DNA of 64,000 nt from an uncultured bacterium (GCA_964559435.1 CAZLHI010000004.1:23408-87407), one strand, 5' to 3'; positions 36,645 through 47,216 are shown, counted from the stretch's first letter. The notes: generated from the sequence alone by a model not told the origin. Made by a program: numbers and translations.

Positions 36645-37814
36645 ATGCGAAGCAACCGCGGTCGGCAGATTCGCCTCGCCGTCGTGGGCTATCTTGTGTT
36701 CGGCCTCGCGGCGGCAGGCGCTTCAATCGCCGGACCTACTGCGAACCAGGACCTCACTAGCCTGACCGAGCGACTTGATGAGCTGGCGCGGGAGAAGGCT
36801 CGTGTTCAGCGGAAGCTCCGCGGCGTCAAGAACCGCCAGAGACGGGTGACGCGTCAGCTGGTCAGCCTCGACGCGAAGATTGATGAGGCCGAGGCGCGGC
36901 TACTCCGTGTGAGCGCTAGCGTCCACGTCACCCGGGCCGAGCTGGGACAAGCCACCATTGAATGCGAACAGGCCGAGGCCCGGCTCGCCGAGCAGAAGGC
37001 CCTTGTTGCACGGCGGCTCGTTGCCATCTACCAGCGCGGTGAAACGCGGCCTCTGGAGATCCTCCTCCAATCAGCCAGCTTCGCAGACTTCGCCAACCGC
37101 CTCTACCTGTTAGATCAGGTGATCGGCCGCGACGCCGAGATGCTGGAGGAGTTCGGGCACATGCAGGCGACGGCCGAAGCCCTCCGCAGCGAACTTGAAC
37201 AGCGCCATCACGACCTCGAAGCCCAGAAATCCCGCATCGCCGCGGAGAAGCGACGCAACTCAAGCGAGCGCAGGGAAGCCACGCGGAAGAAGCGGAACCT
37301 CCTGCGCGATCGCGCTGCGTGGGAGCGGGCCCTCTCAGAGCTGGAGCAGGACTCGAACGAGATCGAAGCCATGCTCCAGCGTCTCCAGCGCACTCCCGAG
37401 GGGCGCGAGCGGGCATCCAAGCCGTGGAGCGGCAAGTTCATCATGCCGGCGAACGGCCGTCTGACCTCGGGGTACGGCTACCGCCGCCACCCGATCTACA
37501 GGGTGCGGAAGTTCCATACCGGCGTCGACATAGCGGCGCCCACCGGAGCACCGATTCGATGCGGCGGCGACGGCACCGTAGTCCACGCGTCTCGGTGGGG
37601 CGGATACGGCCGCTGCATTATCGTCGATCACGGCGGGAACCTGGCTACTCTGTATGGCCACTGCTCGCGCGTGGCAGTAACGAAGGGCCAGAGCGTCACC
37701 AAAGCCCAGGTCATCGGGTACGTTGGGAGCACGGGGGTATCCACGGGGCCACACCTTCACTTCGAGGTGCGGCGCAACGGGCGACACACGAACCCCAAGC
37801 CCTTCCTGGAGTAG
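36645..37814 (+). CDS. M23-family murein endopeptidase with an N-terminal coiled coil (EnvC/NlpD-like).
   Basis: Signal/TM anchor, then a long coiled coil. C-terminal LytM motifs YGYRRHPIYRVRKFHTGVDIAAPTGAPI...ATLYGHCS...GSTGVSTGPHLHFEV. Confidence 0.8.
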   Translation: MRSNRGRQIRLAVVGYLVFGLAAAGASIAGPTANQDLTSLTERLDELAREKARVQRKLRGVKNRQRRVTRQLVSLDAKIDEAEARLLRVSASVHVTRAELGQATIECEQAEARLAEQKALVARRLVAIYQRGETRPLEILLQSASFADFANRLYLLDQVIGRDAEMLEEFGHMQATAEALRSELEQRHHDLEAQKSRIAAEKRRNSSERREATRKKRNLLRDRAAWERALSELEQDSNEIEAMLQRLQRTPEGRERASKPWSGKFIMPANGRLTSGYGYRRHPIYRVRKFHTGVDIAAPTGAPIRCGGDGTVVHASRWGGYGRCIIVDHGGNLATLYGHCSRVAVTKGQSVTKAQVIGYVGSTGVSTGPHLHFEVRRNGRHTNPKPFLE

Positions 37815-37851
37815 GCAGCCCGGCACCGAGGCCGATGTCAGCAGGTCGGGT

Positions 37852-37881
37852 TTGACACAATTCCGCTCCGCGGAGTAGAAT
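37852..37881 (+). promoter_or_regulatory. Putative sigma70 promoter TTGACA-18-TAGAAT upstream of the cimA/leuA-family gene.
   Basis: TTGACA at 37852-37857, an 18-nt spacer, TAGAAT at 37876-37881. The gene starts at 37964 behind a GGAGGA RBS. Confidence 0.4.
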
Positions 37882-37963
37882 CCCCGCAGTCGAAGCCGCG
37901 CGGCCGCCGCGTCCATGCCTGGGCACGCCCGCGGCTGAATCATTTCGGCATCGGAGGACTGCC

Positions 37964-39574
37964 GTGAGCGACCTTCTGCTCTATGACACCACACTCCGCG
38001 ATGGTGCGCAGACAGAGGGCATTGCTTTCTCGGCCGACGACAAGGTCAAGATCGCCCGAAAGCTCGACCAACTCGGGGTGCACTACGTCGAGGGTGGGTT
38101 TTCACATCCCAGCATCCGCACCGACATGGACTTCTTCGCGAGGATGCGAGAGGAGCCGCTGGCAAGCGCCAAGCTGGTCGTCTTCGGCATGACCCGACGG
38201 GCCGGCGCGAAGGCCGATCGGGACCCGGGAGTGCGCAACCTCGTCGAGCTGGGCGCTCCGGTCGCCGCCCTGGTCGCGAAGACCTGGGACCTGCACGTTA
38301 CTCACGCACTCCGCGTGGATCTCGAAGAGAACCTGGCCATGATCCGGGATTCTGTCCGCTTTGTTAAGGAGCACGGCGTGGAGCTATGCTTCGATGCAGA
38401 GCACTTCTTCGACGGATTCAGGAACAACTCCGACTACGCCCTCGAATGCCTCCGCGCGGCTGCGGAGGCCGGCGCCGACTCCATCTGCCTGTGTGACACA
38501 AACGGCGGCATGCTGCCCGACCAGATAAGGGAGGCCGTCCAAACCGTCAAAGCCCAGCTAGAAGTCCCGCTCGGCATTCACGCCCACAACGACTGCGAGT
38601 TAGCCGTCGCCAACACGCTGGCCGCGGTGGAGGCCGGTGTCACCCAGGTTCAGGGCACCATCAACGGCTACGGCGAGCGCTGCGGCACCGCCAATCTCTG
38701 CTCCGTCATCCCCAATCTTCAGCTGAAGTTCGATACCGAGGTGCTGTCAGACGAGCAGCTCATACAACTCTACGAAGTGGCTCACTACGTTGCATCCGTC
38801 GCCAACATGCCGCCCCCGGAGCAGGCCGCCTATGTCGGCCGCAGCGCCTTCTCCCACAAAGGCGGCATGCACGTCGATGCCATGCTGAAACACCCTCGGA
38901 CCTATGAGCACATCCGCCCTGAGCTGGTCGGCAACGAGCGTCGGTATCTGGTTTCCGATCTCGCCGGGCGAGGCACCGTCATCTTCAAGGCCCAGTCGCT
39001 GAACCTCGGGCTCGATAAGGACTCTCCTGCGGCCAAGGAGATCATGGAGCGCCTCAAGGAGATGGAGCACGCCGGCTACCAGTTCGATGGTGCGGAGGCA
39101 TCCTTCGAGCTGCTCGTCCAGAAAAGCGTTGGCCGATACAGGCCCCGCTTCGATCTCGAGGGCTTCCGTGTTATCGTCGAGAAGGATCGGTCGGGCGAGA
39201 TCAAGACTGAGGCGACCATCAAGGTCAAGGTGGACGGTGAAGAGGAGCATACGGCGGCCGAAGGTGACGGCCCGGTTCACGCCCTCGACAATGCGTTGCG
39301 AAAAGCGCTGGAGCGATTCTATCCGGAGCTGAAGGGTATCCGCCTCACTGACTTCAAGGTGCGCGTCGTCGACGCCCCGGCTCAGGCCACCGCCGCTTCG
39401 GTACGGGTGATGGTCGAGTCGCGTGCAGGCGCCGAGACCTGGACCACCGTCGGTGTCCATACCAACATCATCGAGGCGAGCTGGCAGGCCCTCGTGGACG
39501 GAGTCGAATACGGCCTGCTGCGGAGCCTGGGTGAGGTGGACGACCCCGGGCAGCGCGCCACGGGCAGCGACTGA
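37964..39574 (+). CDS. Citramalate synthase / 2-isopropylmalate synthase family enzyme (LeuA/CimA family); length and C-terminal regulatory domain fit CimA-like.
   Basis: LYDTTLRDGAQ, HxH (GIHAHND), and the C-terminal LeuA-dimer domain. 536 aa. Confidence 0.85.
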   Translation: MSDLLLYDTTLRDGAQTEGIAFSADDKVKIARKLDQLGVHYVEGGFSHPSIRTDMDFFARMREEPLASAKLVVFGMTRRAGAKADRDPGVRNLVELGAPVAALVAKTWDLHVTHALRVDLEENLAMIRDSVRFVKEHGVELCFDAEHFFDGFRNNSDYALECLRAAAEAGADSICLCDTNGGMLPDQIREAVQTVKAQLEVPLGIHAHNDCELAVANTLAAVEAGVTQVQGTINGYGERCGTANLCSVIPNLQLKFDTEVLSDEQLIQLYEVAHYVASVANMPPPEQAAYVGRSAFSHKGGMHVDAMLKHPRTYEHIRPELVGNERRYLVSDLAGRGTVIFKAQSLNLGLDKDSPAAKEIMERLKEMEHAGYQFDGAEASFELLVQKSVGRYRPRFDLEGFRVIVEKDRSGEIKTEATIKVKVDGEEEHTAAEGDGPVHALDNALRKALERFYPELKGIRLTDFKVRVVDAPAQATAASVRVMVESRAGAETWTTVGVHTNIIEASWQALVDGVEYGLLRSLGEVDDPGQRATGSD

Positions 39575-39620
39575 CGGAGCGCCCGTCTCAGGTCCATCCC
39601 AGCCGAGGCGATGGGCCGCC

Positions 39621-39928
39621 CTATTCCCACCGCGCCACGGTAACGCGCTTCAGATAGGGCGTAATCGCCCGGTCCTCTGTCTTAAGGAGCACGCGGTACT
39701 GCAGGAAGCCGGGCTCGGACAGTTCGAACCGTGTGCCCGGCTGCTCGAAGTCGGTCTTCAGCAGGAGCGAGGGCAGCATTGCATGGTCGATACCCTTCGC
39801 ACTGGCAACGAGACCGGGCGAACGCCAGTCTCTGTCGTCAAGGACAACATCGGCTGCGCCCCAGCCTTGCACGAGCAACATGACAACACACGCACCCAGG
39901 ATCAGGAAACGACGGGAGAGAACAAACA
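39621..39928 (-). CDS. Small secreted hypothetical protein (about 102 aa).
   Basis: The start was chosen at MFVLSRRFLILGACVVMLLVQGWGAA (signal peptide), preceded by a strong GAGGAGG RBS. The track ORF is over-extended to 40187. Confidence 0.5.
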
Positions 39929-39999
39929 TGTTGGATCCCCTCCTCTGACAAGAAGGCAGGAGCGAGTCGGCAACGATGCCGCCGCAGTTGCACGCCGAC

Positions 40000-41313
40000 T
40001 CATCTGCCGCCGTTCCTGCCGTTCGGGCTGTACACGAGTTCCGGCTGCCATTCGTCGACCGCCGTCCGGCGAACTGAACCGTCCTCGCGATTGGACCAGT
40101 AGAAGAACTTCCCGCTGGCAGACACTTTCGGGAGGTCGAAGTCGGCCTGTGGCAGGGGCAGCTCCGTTGACTCGCCTGTCGCAGCATCTATCGTCACGAG
40201 CTGGGACGCGAGGTGACCACGGAGAGCAGATTCACCGCCTGCTTCGCCCGCCCGTCGAAGTGCAAGCAAGTGCCGCTCATCAGTGAATCGCAGTGGGACG
40301 TAGCTCTCCTTCGCTCGGCTCTCTGCCACGAGGCGGGCGGGTTCGTGGCGACTCAGATCGACGAGCCACACTGATTGCCAACTCCTCATGTCATCCCAGG
40401 AGCGGGCGCCTCCCTCGACGTTTCTGAGTTCAATCACAGCGTGGCCATCTGCCGGAGACGAGATCACTCGCACGGTCGCCGGCAGTCTGGGCACAGACGG
40501 CAGAAAGACTCGTCGAAGCTCCGAACCTCCTCTCGCGCCTACCTCCGCGACGTAGAGCGTCGTTTCATCACCGGCCTCGGGCCGCGCTGTGAAGTAAAGG
40601 CGATCCCTCTCGGCATCCCAGCTGTAGCCCCCGTGCCTGCTTGGGGAGATCGTCGTGCCGGCTTCGTGGACGCGTTGTGCCTCACCGCCCTCCGCAGGAA
40701 TGAGCAGAAGACTCAGCACTTGCGGGGACTCGCCACGCTCGAACGCAATCCATCGGCCGCTCGGGCTCCATTTCGGCCACCAATCCGCCGAGGCGCCTGC
40801 TATCCGATTCGTCAGTTCAGCCACCGCGCCAGCATCAACCTCTAGGACGGCGATCCCGCCGTCCGAATGGTCGGCCGTGCTCCAAACCCCGACCACTTGC
40901 CGCCCCTCCGCGTCCCAGTCCTTCGGGATAAAAGCGCACATGCGTCCAGGCAGTTCGATCTCCCGAGCTGCCGCATTCCGCAGGTCAACCAGAACGAGCC
41001 TGTGCTGGGTCGCTTCGGGGGCGCGGGGAGAGGCGACCAGCCAGGAATCATCGTCTGAAACCTCAAACGGGGTGGCTGGCTTTTGGTTGAGCGCCCCGGC
41101 CGCCTGAGGGGGCACCCGCTGCGCGCCCGGCGCCGGTCCGACGACCGGCGCACGCTGGGAGCACCCGCCTGCAGTCAGGAGGGGGCAGATAATGACGGCA
41201 AAGGCAGTTGTCGCCCAGTAGCGAACCGCGCGGGCTACTTGGGGTCCCTTGCGGCGGCCGAGCAATGTCCGGACTCGCCCCTGGGCCGGCTTCATGCGTC
41301 CCGCGCCTTGCAT
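40000..41313 (-). CDS. TolB-like / WD40-like beta-propeller lipoprotein.
   Basis: Lipobox LLTAGGCS. Repeated beta-propeller blocks recur (W.SPSGRWIAFER, ...DGHAVIEL...). The internal ATG at 41295 is an alternative start. Confidence 0.7.
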   Translation of the reverse strand: MQGAGRMKPAQGRVRTLLGRRKGPQVARAVRYWATTAFAVIICPLLTAGGCSQRAPVVGPAPGAQRVPPQAAGALNQKPATPFEVSDDDSWLVASPRAPEATQHRLVLVDLRNAAAREIELPGRMCAFIPKDWDAEGRQVVGVWSTADHSDGGIAVLEVDAGAVAELTNRIAGASADWWPKWSPSGRWIAFERGESPQVLSLLLIPAEGGEAQRVHEAGTTISPSRHGGYSWDAERDRLYFTARPEAGDETTLYVAEVGARGGSELRRVFLPSVPRLPATVRVISSPADGHAVIELRNVEGGARSWDDMRSWQSVWLVDLSRHEPARLVAESRAKESYVPLRFTDERHLLALRRAGEAGGESALRGHLASQLVTIDAATGESTELPLPQADFDLPKVSASGKFFYWSNREDGSVRRTAVDEWQPELVYSPNGRNGGR

Positions 41314-41521
41314 GCGCCAGCACTCTCACAGGCCACGCGTCTAGAATCCGCCTGTCTATGGTCAGGGAGCATAGAACCAGGGACAGCAGCGGCCTTCGAA
41401 GCCGCCTCACGCCCGAAAGCGTGCCGTAGCCACCCTACTGCTGTCCCACCTTTGAAAGCCGTGAGGCAGGAGGAGACCCCCTGCCCGAGTGTGGTCGTCC
41501 CCTCTCCTGGCCGCGGACAGT

Positions 41522-41953
41522 CTACTTCTCCGCGGCCGTCTCGTCTTCGGTGGAAGACCCCTTCCCCGCTTGCCGGTTGCGGTAATCCTCTATGGCCGAC
41601 TTGAGCGCCTGCTCGGCCAGCACCGAGCAGTGCATCTTCACCGGCGGCAGGCCGCCGAGCGCCTCCACGACGGCCTTATTGCTGATCTCGAGGGCCTCCT
41701 CGACCGTCTTCCCCTTGACCAGCTCCGTCACCATGCTGCTGGTCGCAATCGCCGCCCCACACCCAAACGTGCGGAACTTCGCATCCTCGATCTTCCCGTC
41801 CTTGACCTTGATGCTGAGCTCCATGATATCGCCGCAGACGGGATTGCCGACCTTGCCCACCCCGTCCGCCTCCTCAATGGCCCCCACATTCCGTGGGTTC
41901 CGAAAATGCTCCATTACGTGGTCGCTGTACACGCTCGGCTCCTCGCCGTCCAC
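41522..41953 (-). CDS. iscU: Fe-S cluster assembly scaffold, NifU/IscU N-terminal-domain family.
   Basis: YSDHVMEHFRNPRNVG...GNPVCGDIMEL...FRTFGCGAAIATSS...HCSVLAEQALKSAI. Confidence 0.85.
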   Translation of the reverse strand: MDGEEPSVYSDHVMEHFRNPRNVGAIEEADGVGKVGNPVCGDIMELSIKVKDGKIEDAKFRTFGCGAAIATSSMVTELVKGKTVEEALEISNKAVVEALGGLPPVKMHCSVLAEQALKSAIEDYRNRQAGKGSSTEDETAAEK

Positions 41954-41963
41954 TCACCGACTG

Positions 41964-42752
41964 CTATTCGTTGGTCAGAAGATGGCTTCCTGCCTTGGCC
42001 ATCGCCGTCGGGTCCCAGAAGATGCCGGCGGTTCCGTCGATAACCGGGGCTCGCTCGTGCCTCGCCATCGGCGGGGTGGCCGAGTTCATCAGGCCGCCCG
42101 CATAGCCGTAGGTGTCGAAGCGACGACCGACAACATAGTGACGCGGTTTCGACGGCAGTAGCTCTGGTCCGCCGTTGGCGTTCCATCCAGCATCACTCTC
42201 GAATACGAGCACGGTGAGGTGAAGAGCGGTCTGGATATCCTCCAGGCGCATGGAACCCAGTGCGCGGTTCATCGCATACCCGCTTTGCAAATCCGGACGC
42301 GCCGGGCAGACGAAATACTCTTCGCTGTGAACGTACTCGCTCAGGGAATCACACCAGGAATCGGCGGGAGGGAGTGCTCCGTAGTCGCCCGCGTACATAT
42401 GGAACACCAGCGGCATACCCTCGAGGTTCAGGTAACACCCCAATGAGTGCCACGCTGGGAGCAGGAGGAAGAAGTAGAACGAAGCCAAGACGATTCCCAG
42501 CGTCGACAGAGCCATGCCTTGCACGGCGCGTTGCTTCCCTGTGAGTTCACCTCCCGAGCGTCGGATTCGGAGAAGCGCAATCACCCCGAGGGCCAGGGCG
42601 GCAACCGGGATGAGCAGGAGTACGTAGACCGCGCAGCCTGCCAGCCACCCGACGGCGGCGACCAGCACAAGCACGACCGGAAACAACAGCGCGACACCCA
42701 GCGAGAAGCCGGCCAGGGGATCCACCTGCGCGGCTGAGCTGCTGCCCGGCAT
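41964..42752 (-). CDS. Membrane protein with a C-terminal extracytoplasmic domain, hypothetical. The C-terminal region is weakly reminiscent of the DUF1559 body (YVHSEEYFVCPARP versus YVKNRDVWRCPSA).
   Basis: Three or four N-terminal TM helices, then a ~150-aa soluble region. The family is uncertain. Confidence 0.45.
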   Translation of the reverse strand: MPGSSSAAQVDPLAGFSLGVALLFPVVLVLVAAVGWLAGCAVYVLLLIPVAALALGVIALLRIRRSGGELTGKQRAVQGMALSTLGIVLASFYFFLLLPAWHSLGCYLNLEGMPLVFHMYAGDYGALPPADSWCDSLSEYVHSEEYFVCPARPDLQSGYAMNRALGSMRLEDIQTALHLTVLVFESDAGWNANGGPELLPSKPRHYVVGRRFDTYGYAGGLMNSATPPMARHERAPVIDGTAGIFWDPTAMAKAGSHLLTNE

Positions 42753-42769
42753 CTGTTCTCCCTGACAGG

Positions 42770-43213
42770 CTAGTCGATGGACTCCACAACCAACGTCACT
42801 GGCCCATCATTCACCAGATGCACCTGCATCTTCGCCTGAAAAACCCCTGCCTCCACTGGCAGGCCATGCTCTTTCAGCCGCGCGACGAAGACCTCGTACA
42901 GCCGCTCCGCTTCGTCCGGAGGCGCTGCGCCCGTGAAACTCGGACGTCTCCCCTTCCGGCAGTCCCCGTATAGCGTGAACTGGCTCACCACAAGCATCGA
43001 GCCTCCCACGTCTTCGAGCGACAGGTTCATCTTCCCCGCATCGTCCTCGAAGACGCGGAGGCCGGCGATCTTGTCGGCCAGCCAGGTGGCTTCTTTCCGA
43101 GTGTCGCCGCGCCCCACGCCAAGGAGAACCAGCAGGCCGCGGTCAATGCGGCCTCGAACCTCCCCCTCCACCTCGACGCGCGCCGAGGCGACGCGCTGGA
43201 CGACCGCCCGCAC
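42770..43213 (-). CDS. dtd: D-aminoacyl-tRNA deacylase.
   Basis: [13 protein letters not shown]......GLLVLLGV...D......WLA.KI..LR.F.D......NLSL.DVGG..L.VSQFTL..D..KG.RPSF. Confidence 0.85.
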   Translation of the reverse strand: MRAVVQRVASARVEVEGEVRGRIDRGLLVLLGVGRGDTRKEATWLADKIAGLRVFEDDAGKMNLSLEDVGGSMLVVSQFTLYGDCRKGRRPSFTGAAPPDEAERLYEVFVARLKEHGLPVEAGVFQAKMQVHLVNDGPVTLVVESID

Positions 43214-43225
43214 CTGACCCCCTCG

Positions 43226-43702
43226 CTAGCTCTTCTTCGGAAGCTCGCGCAGCAGGTTGGCCATCTCGATGGCCGACCGTGCGGCGTCGGCGCCGCGGTT
43301 GCCCGCTTTCGTGCCGGCCCGCTCGACAGCCTGCTCGATCGTGTCGGCGGTGACGACACCGTAGATCACTGGCAGGCCGGTGCGGAGCGCGACCTGCGCG
43401 ATGCCCTTCGCGGTTTCTGAGGCGACGTACTCGAAGTGCGGCGTGGCCCCGCGGATGATGGCGCTGAGGCAGATCACCGCATCGTACTTCCCACTTTCGG
43501 CGAGTCGCTCGGCCACCGGCGGAAGCTCGAAGCCGCCGGGCACCCAGGCGATCTCGATATTGTCGTCGGCCGCCCCGTGGCGCCGAAGCGCGTCCAGGGC
43601 TCCGGACAGCAGTCGCCGGGTGATAAGCTCGTTAAACCGGCTGGCGACGATGCCGAACCGGAGCCCGTCTGCAAGTAGCTTTCCCTCATAGGTCTTGCTC
43701 AC
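43226..43702 (-). CDS. ribH: 6,7-dimethyl-8-ribityllumazine synthase.
   Basis: [10 protein letters not shown]...ITRRLL.GA.DAL..HG.......I.WVPG.FELP......[21 protein letters not shown]. Confidence 0.9.
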   Translation of the reverse strand: MSKTYEGKLLADGLRFGIVASRFNELITRRLLSGALDALRRHGAADDNIEIAWVPGGFELPPVAERLAESGKYDAVICLSAIIRGATPHFEYVASETAKGIAQVALRTGLPVIYGVVTADTIEQAVERAGTKAGNRGADAARSAIEMANLLRELPKKS

Positions 43703-44961
43703 CGCGTCGCGTCCTTTCCGCTGTCCTCTCCCCCGAGCAAATCGGACAGAATGTGACCCAGCTTGTCACGTTTCGTCTGGAGGTAGCCTCGGTTGGCGTC
43801 GGTGGGCGGGATCTCCAGAGGCACCCGCTCCACCACCCGGATGCCCATTCCTTCGACCCCAACGACCTTGCCCGGATTGTTCGTCATCAGCCTGATCTGC
43901 TTCAACCCCAGATCGGCCAGAATCTGGGCCCCTATCCCGTAGTCGCGGATGTCCGGCGCAAAGCCGAGCAGCTGATTCGCCTCCACCGTGTCGTGCCCAT
44001 GCTCCTGCAGCTCATAGGCGCGTATCTTATTGATGAGCCCGATGCCTCTCCCCTCTTGCTGGATGTACAACAGAACGCCCGCCCCTTCCTCTACTATCCT
44101 CTGGAGTGCCGCCTCGAGCTGGTCCCCGCAGTCGCAGCGCATGGAGTGGAAGACGTCGCCGGTCAGGCAGCTTGAATGGACGCGCACCAGGGTCGGCTCT
44201 GGTCCTACCCTGCCATAGACGAGAGCCAGGTATGGCTTCGTATCGACCTCGCTTTCGTAGGCGTGCACCGCGAACGTCCCGAAGCGCGTGGGGACAGCGG
44301 AGGTGGCGGCCCGCCGCACGAGCTTCTCCCGCTGGCGGCGGTACCGTATGATGGATTCGACGGTCACGATGTGGAAGCCGTGCTTGCGGGCGAATTCCCT
44401 GAGGGCCGGAAGCCTCATCATGGTTCCATCGTCGGCCATGATTTCGCAGATGACGGCCGCCGGGTACAGGCCCGCCGTCCGGGCGAGGTCCACGGAGGCC
44501 TCCGTCTGGCCGGCGCGGACGAGCACGCCACCATCCTTTGCCTCGAGCGGGAACATGTGTCCCGGCCGTGCCAGATCACTCGGCTTGGTCCTTGGATCGA
44601 TGAGAGCGCGCACCGTTGTTGCGCGATCATAGGCGGATATCCCAGTCGTTGTTCCGTCGACGGCATCGACGGAGACCGTGAAGGCCGTCCCGTGAAGCGC
44701 GCTCTGGCGGCCGTCGGCGACCATCGGATACAGCTCCAGCTCTCGCAGGCGCTCACGAGTCATCGAGACGCAGAGCAGGCCGCGCCCCTCTCTCGCCATG
44801 AGGTTGATCGTCTCGGCCGTGACGAACTCGGCCGCGACGACCAAGTCCCCCTCATTCTCCCGGTCTTCGTCATCGACGATTATCACTGGCCGACCGGCCT
44901 TGAAGTTCTCAATGGCCGCTTCGGCCGACACTATGCGACTTTCCTCTTCATGCTGATTCAT
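43699..44961 (-). CDS. ribBA: Bifunctional 3,4-dihydroxy-2-butanone-4-phosphate synthase / GTP cyclohydrolase II.
   Basis: DHBP-synthase block [19 protein letters not shown] cyclohydrolase II block with the CDCG zinc motif and [13 protein letters not shown]. The start was chosen at MNQHEEE (ATG 44961). It overlaps ribH by ATGA. Confidence 0.9.
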   Translation of the reverse strand: MNQHEEESRIVSAEAAIENFKAGRPVIIVDDEDRENEGDLVVAAEFVTAETINLMAREGRGLLCVSMTRERLRELELYPMVADGRQSALHGTAFTVSVDAVDGTTTGISAYDRATTVRALIDPRTKPSDLARPGHMFPLEAKDGGVLVRAGQTEASVDLARTAGLYPAAVICEIMADDGTMMRLPALREFARKHGFHIVTVESIIRYRRQREKLVRRAATSAVPTRFGTFAVHAYESEVDTKPYLALVYGRVGPEPTLVRVHSSCLTGDVFHSMRCDCGDQLEAALQRIVEEGAGVLLYIQQEGRGIGLINKIRAYELQEHGHDTVEANQLLGFAPDIRDYGIGAQILADLGLKQIRLMTNNPGKVVGVEGMGIRVVERVPLEIPPTDANRGYLQTKRDKLGHILSDLLGGEDSGKDATR

Positions 44962-45604
44962 TCGACGGCTCCGATTCGGCAAGCCAAGACATAAGCTCCT
45001 CTGAGACCGACTGACCCCGGGCCCCGTCCAGCAGACGCTCGATGTGCTTGGCAAGGAGATCGGCCTCCATATTCACGCGATCTCCCGGACGTAGCTCATC
45101 GAGCGTTGTGCCGGAAAGCGTTGCCCCGACAAGGCCGACCGCGAATGCTCGACCCCGTGGCTCGATCACCGTCAGGCTCACTCCATCCAGAGCAACCGAG
45201 CCACGATCCACGAGGTGCCGCTCCAGGCCAGGAGGGGCCTCAAGCCGCACCAGCCGGGTCTCGTCCCTGCCGCTCACCGAAGTGACGGTCGCCTGGCCGT
45301 CAACGTGCCCGGCCACGAGGTGGCCGCCGATGCGATCCCCGAGTCTCAGCGGCCGCTCGAGATTCACCCGCGCGCCCCGCCTGAGGCGGCCCAGGGTCGT
45401 TTTCTCGGCGGTCTCCGGCAGAAGGGCCGCCCAGAAGCGATCGGCCGATATCTCCTCCGCCGTCAGGCACGGCCCGCTCACTGCAATGCTGTCGCCGGGC
45501 TTCAGATCCTCAAGCACTCGGCCAGCCCGAATGCACAGACGCAGTCCCGCGCCCCGCGTCACCTCGGCCACCGTGCCGACTTCTTCTATAAGACCGGTAA
45601 ACAT
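44948..45604 (-). CDS. ribE: Riboflavin synthase alpha chain.
   Basis: [10 protein letters not shown]..........L.I.........GDSIAV.G.CLT... duplicated lumazine-binding halves (…SLDGVSLTV…). The start was chosen at ATG 45604. Confidence 0.85.
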   Translation of the reverse strand: MFTGLIEEVGTVAEVTRGAGLRLCIRAGRVLEDLKPGDSIAVSGPCLTAEEISADRFWAALLPETAEKTTLGRLRRGARVNLERPLRLGDRIGGHLVAGHVDGQATVTSVSGRDETRLVRLEAPPGLERHLVDRGSVALDGVSLTVIEPRGRAFAVGLVGATLSGTTLDELRPGDRVNMEADLLAKHIERLLDGARGQSVSEELMSWLAESEPSNESA

Positions 45605-46704
45605 GAGTCCGATTGGCGAGCTATGTCGCCGCTTATCAGCAGGTCCTCCCCTATTCGCCGCGCGCGGATGCGGCCGAGCCGCCACGCGTCGGCGAGCTTG
45701 TCCACACCCGCGCCATCAACCGGGCTCGGCGCCGCCTTGCCGCCTATCAGCTTCGGCGCCACAAAGAAGTATACACGATCAACGAGGCCCGCTTCCAGCA
45801 GCGCGGCAGCAACCGTGCCCCCGCCTTCGGCCAACACGCTCTGCACTTGCCGCTTGCCGAGGCGACCCATGAGTTCCATGAGATCGACTCCGCCGCTGCC
45901 ACATGGCAGCACCCAGGTGTCTGCACCTGCCCTGCTCAGGTGGTTCACACGCGCCTTGGGCGCTGCCTCGGTGACGGCGATGATCGGTGGTATCTCATCG
46001 GCCGTAAGCAGCGGAGAGTCAGTGGGCGTACGGGCTTCACTGTCCACGACGACCCGGAGGGGCGTGCGGCCTCGCGCATTGCGAACCGTCAGCCTCGGCT
46101 TGTCGGCGATCACCGTGCCGACTCCGACCAAGACAGCGTCGTGCGCGGCCCGAAGCTGGTGCGCAACTCTTCGGGCGCGCTCGCCCGTGATCCATCGCGA
46201 TTCACCGGAAGTCGTGGCAATCTTGCCATCGAGACTCATGGCTGCCTTCAATGACACCAGCGGCAGGCCGGTCATCGTGTGCTTGAAGTAGGCGGCATTG
46301 AGATGGCGGGCCTCCTCTTCGAGCAGGCCTACCTCTGTCTGCACGCCGGCCTCCCGGAGGGCCGCCAGGCCTTTCCCTTTCACCAAAGGGTTGGGGTCAA
46401 GCACGGCGGCGACTACCCCGGCGATGCCGGCCGCAATGAGAGCGTTCACGCACGGAGGAGTGCGGCCTTCGTGGGCGCACGGCTCCAGCGTCACATACAT
46501 TGTCGCGCCGCGCGCCTTGTTCCCGGCCTCCCGCAAGGCCCACACCTCGGCGTGCGGTCCCCCGGCCTCCTTGTGATATCCCTCGCCGACGACTCGATCG
46601 CCGGCGACGATGACTGCCCCCACTATGGGGTTGGGGCTGGTTCGTCCCTGGCCGCGCGCGGCAAGGCGAAGGGCGCGCTTCATCCACCGGGCGGCGTCAC
46701 TCAT
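45586..46704 (-). CDS. ribD: Bifunctional diaminohydroxyphosphoribosylaminopyrimidine deaminase / 5-amino-6-(5-phosphoribosylamino)uracil reductase.
   Basis: Deaminase zinc motifs HAEV...PCAHEGRTPPC. C-terminal reductase (RibD_C) domain ...KAAMSLDGKIA.... Confidence 0.9.
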   Translation of the reverse strand: MSDAARWMKRALRLAARGQGRTSPNPIVGAVIVAGDRVVGEGYHKEAGGPHAEVWALREAGNKARGATMYVTLEPCAHEGRTPPCVNALIAAGIAGVVAAVLDPNPLVKGKGLAALREAGVQTEVGLLEEEARHLNAAYFKHTMTGLPLVSLKAAMSLDGKIATTSGESRWITGERARRVAHQLRAAHDAVLVGVGTVIADKPRLTVRNARGRTPLRVVVDSEARTPTDSPLLTADEIPPIIAVTEAAPKARVNHLSRAGADTWVLPCGSGGVDLMELMGRLGKRQVQSVLAEGGGTVAAALLEAGLVDRVYFFVAPKLIGGKAAPSPVDGAGVDKLADAWRLGRIRARRIGEDLLISGDIARQSDSCLPVL

Positions 46705-47117
46705 TCCTTCTGTTCGCCCTTCGAGCCAGCGTTGGAGCTCCCGTCGGCCTTCATGCGATCGGCAAGGAAGCGCGCCATATCATGCCAGATCTCGTGCCGA
46801 CGCGCGTTGAACCGGTCTTCCACCTCGCGAAGATCGGCCAGCATCACCCATACGAGCGCCACCGAGATGAGCAGACAACCGGACCAGTAGGCGAGGAAGA
46901 GCTGCGGGCGGCTCTGAGCGCTGTAAAGCCGCAGCGCGAACAGACCGACAAAGACTGCAGCCAGCAAGGCAAGCAGCATGAATCCAGCAGCCACCCGCAG
47001 CGCCAGCCGACGTCGGCTGATCAAAGTGCGGCGTGCTCGGAAGCTCCGGACCTCTATCAGCAACAGGAGGACAACTATGATACCGACGATAGCTAGGGAG
47101 ATCGCTACCGTGTACAC
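46701..47117 (-). CDS. Small membrane protein (3 TM), hypothetical; its TGA stop overlaps the ribD ATG.
   Basis: GTG start with RBS AAGGGG. Hydrophobic helices. Located at the head of the rib operon. Confidence 0.5.
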   Translation of the reverse strand: MYTVAISLAIVGIIVVLLLLIEVRSFRARRTLISRRRLALRVAAGFMLLALLAAVFVGLFALRLYSAQSRPQLFLAYWSGCLLISVALVWVMLADLREVEDRFNARRHEIWHDMARFLADRMKADGSSNAGSKGEQKE

Positions 47118-47216
47118 TGAACACCCCTTGCGGCCGCGAAGCCGTCTTGACAGATGATATCACCGCGCACCGGCAGAAGGCAAGGCACGTAATGTCGGCC
47201 ACCGGGTCACGTTGAC

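Noticed and set aside
47118-47216. Possible FMN riboswitch ahead of the rib operon
   Set aside because: A 100-nt divergent spacer is too short for the ~140-nt aptamer and lacks the conserved FMN-box sequences. A covariance-model search would be needed to confirm this.
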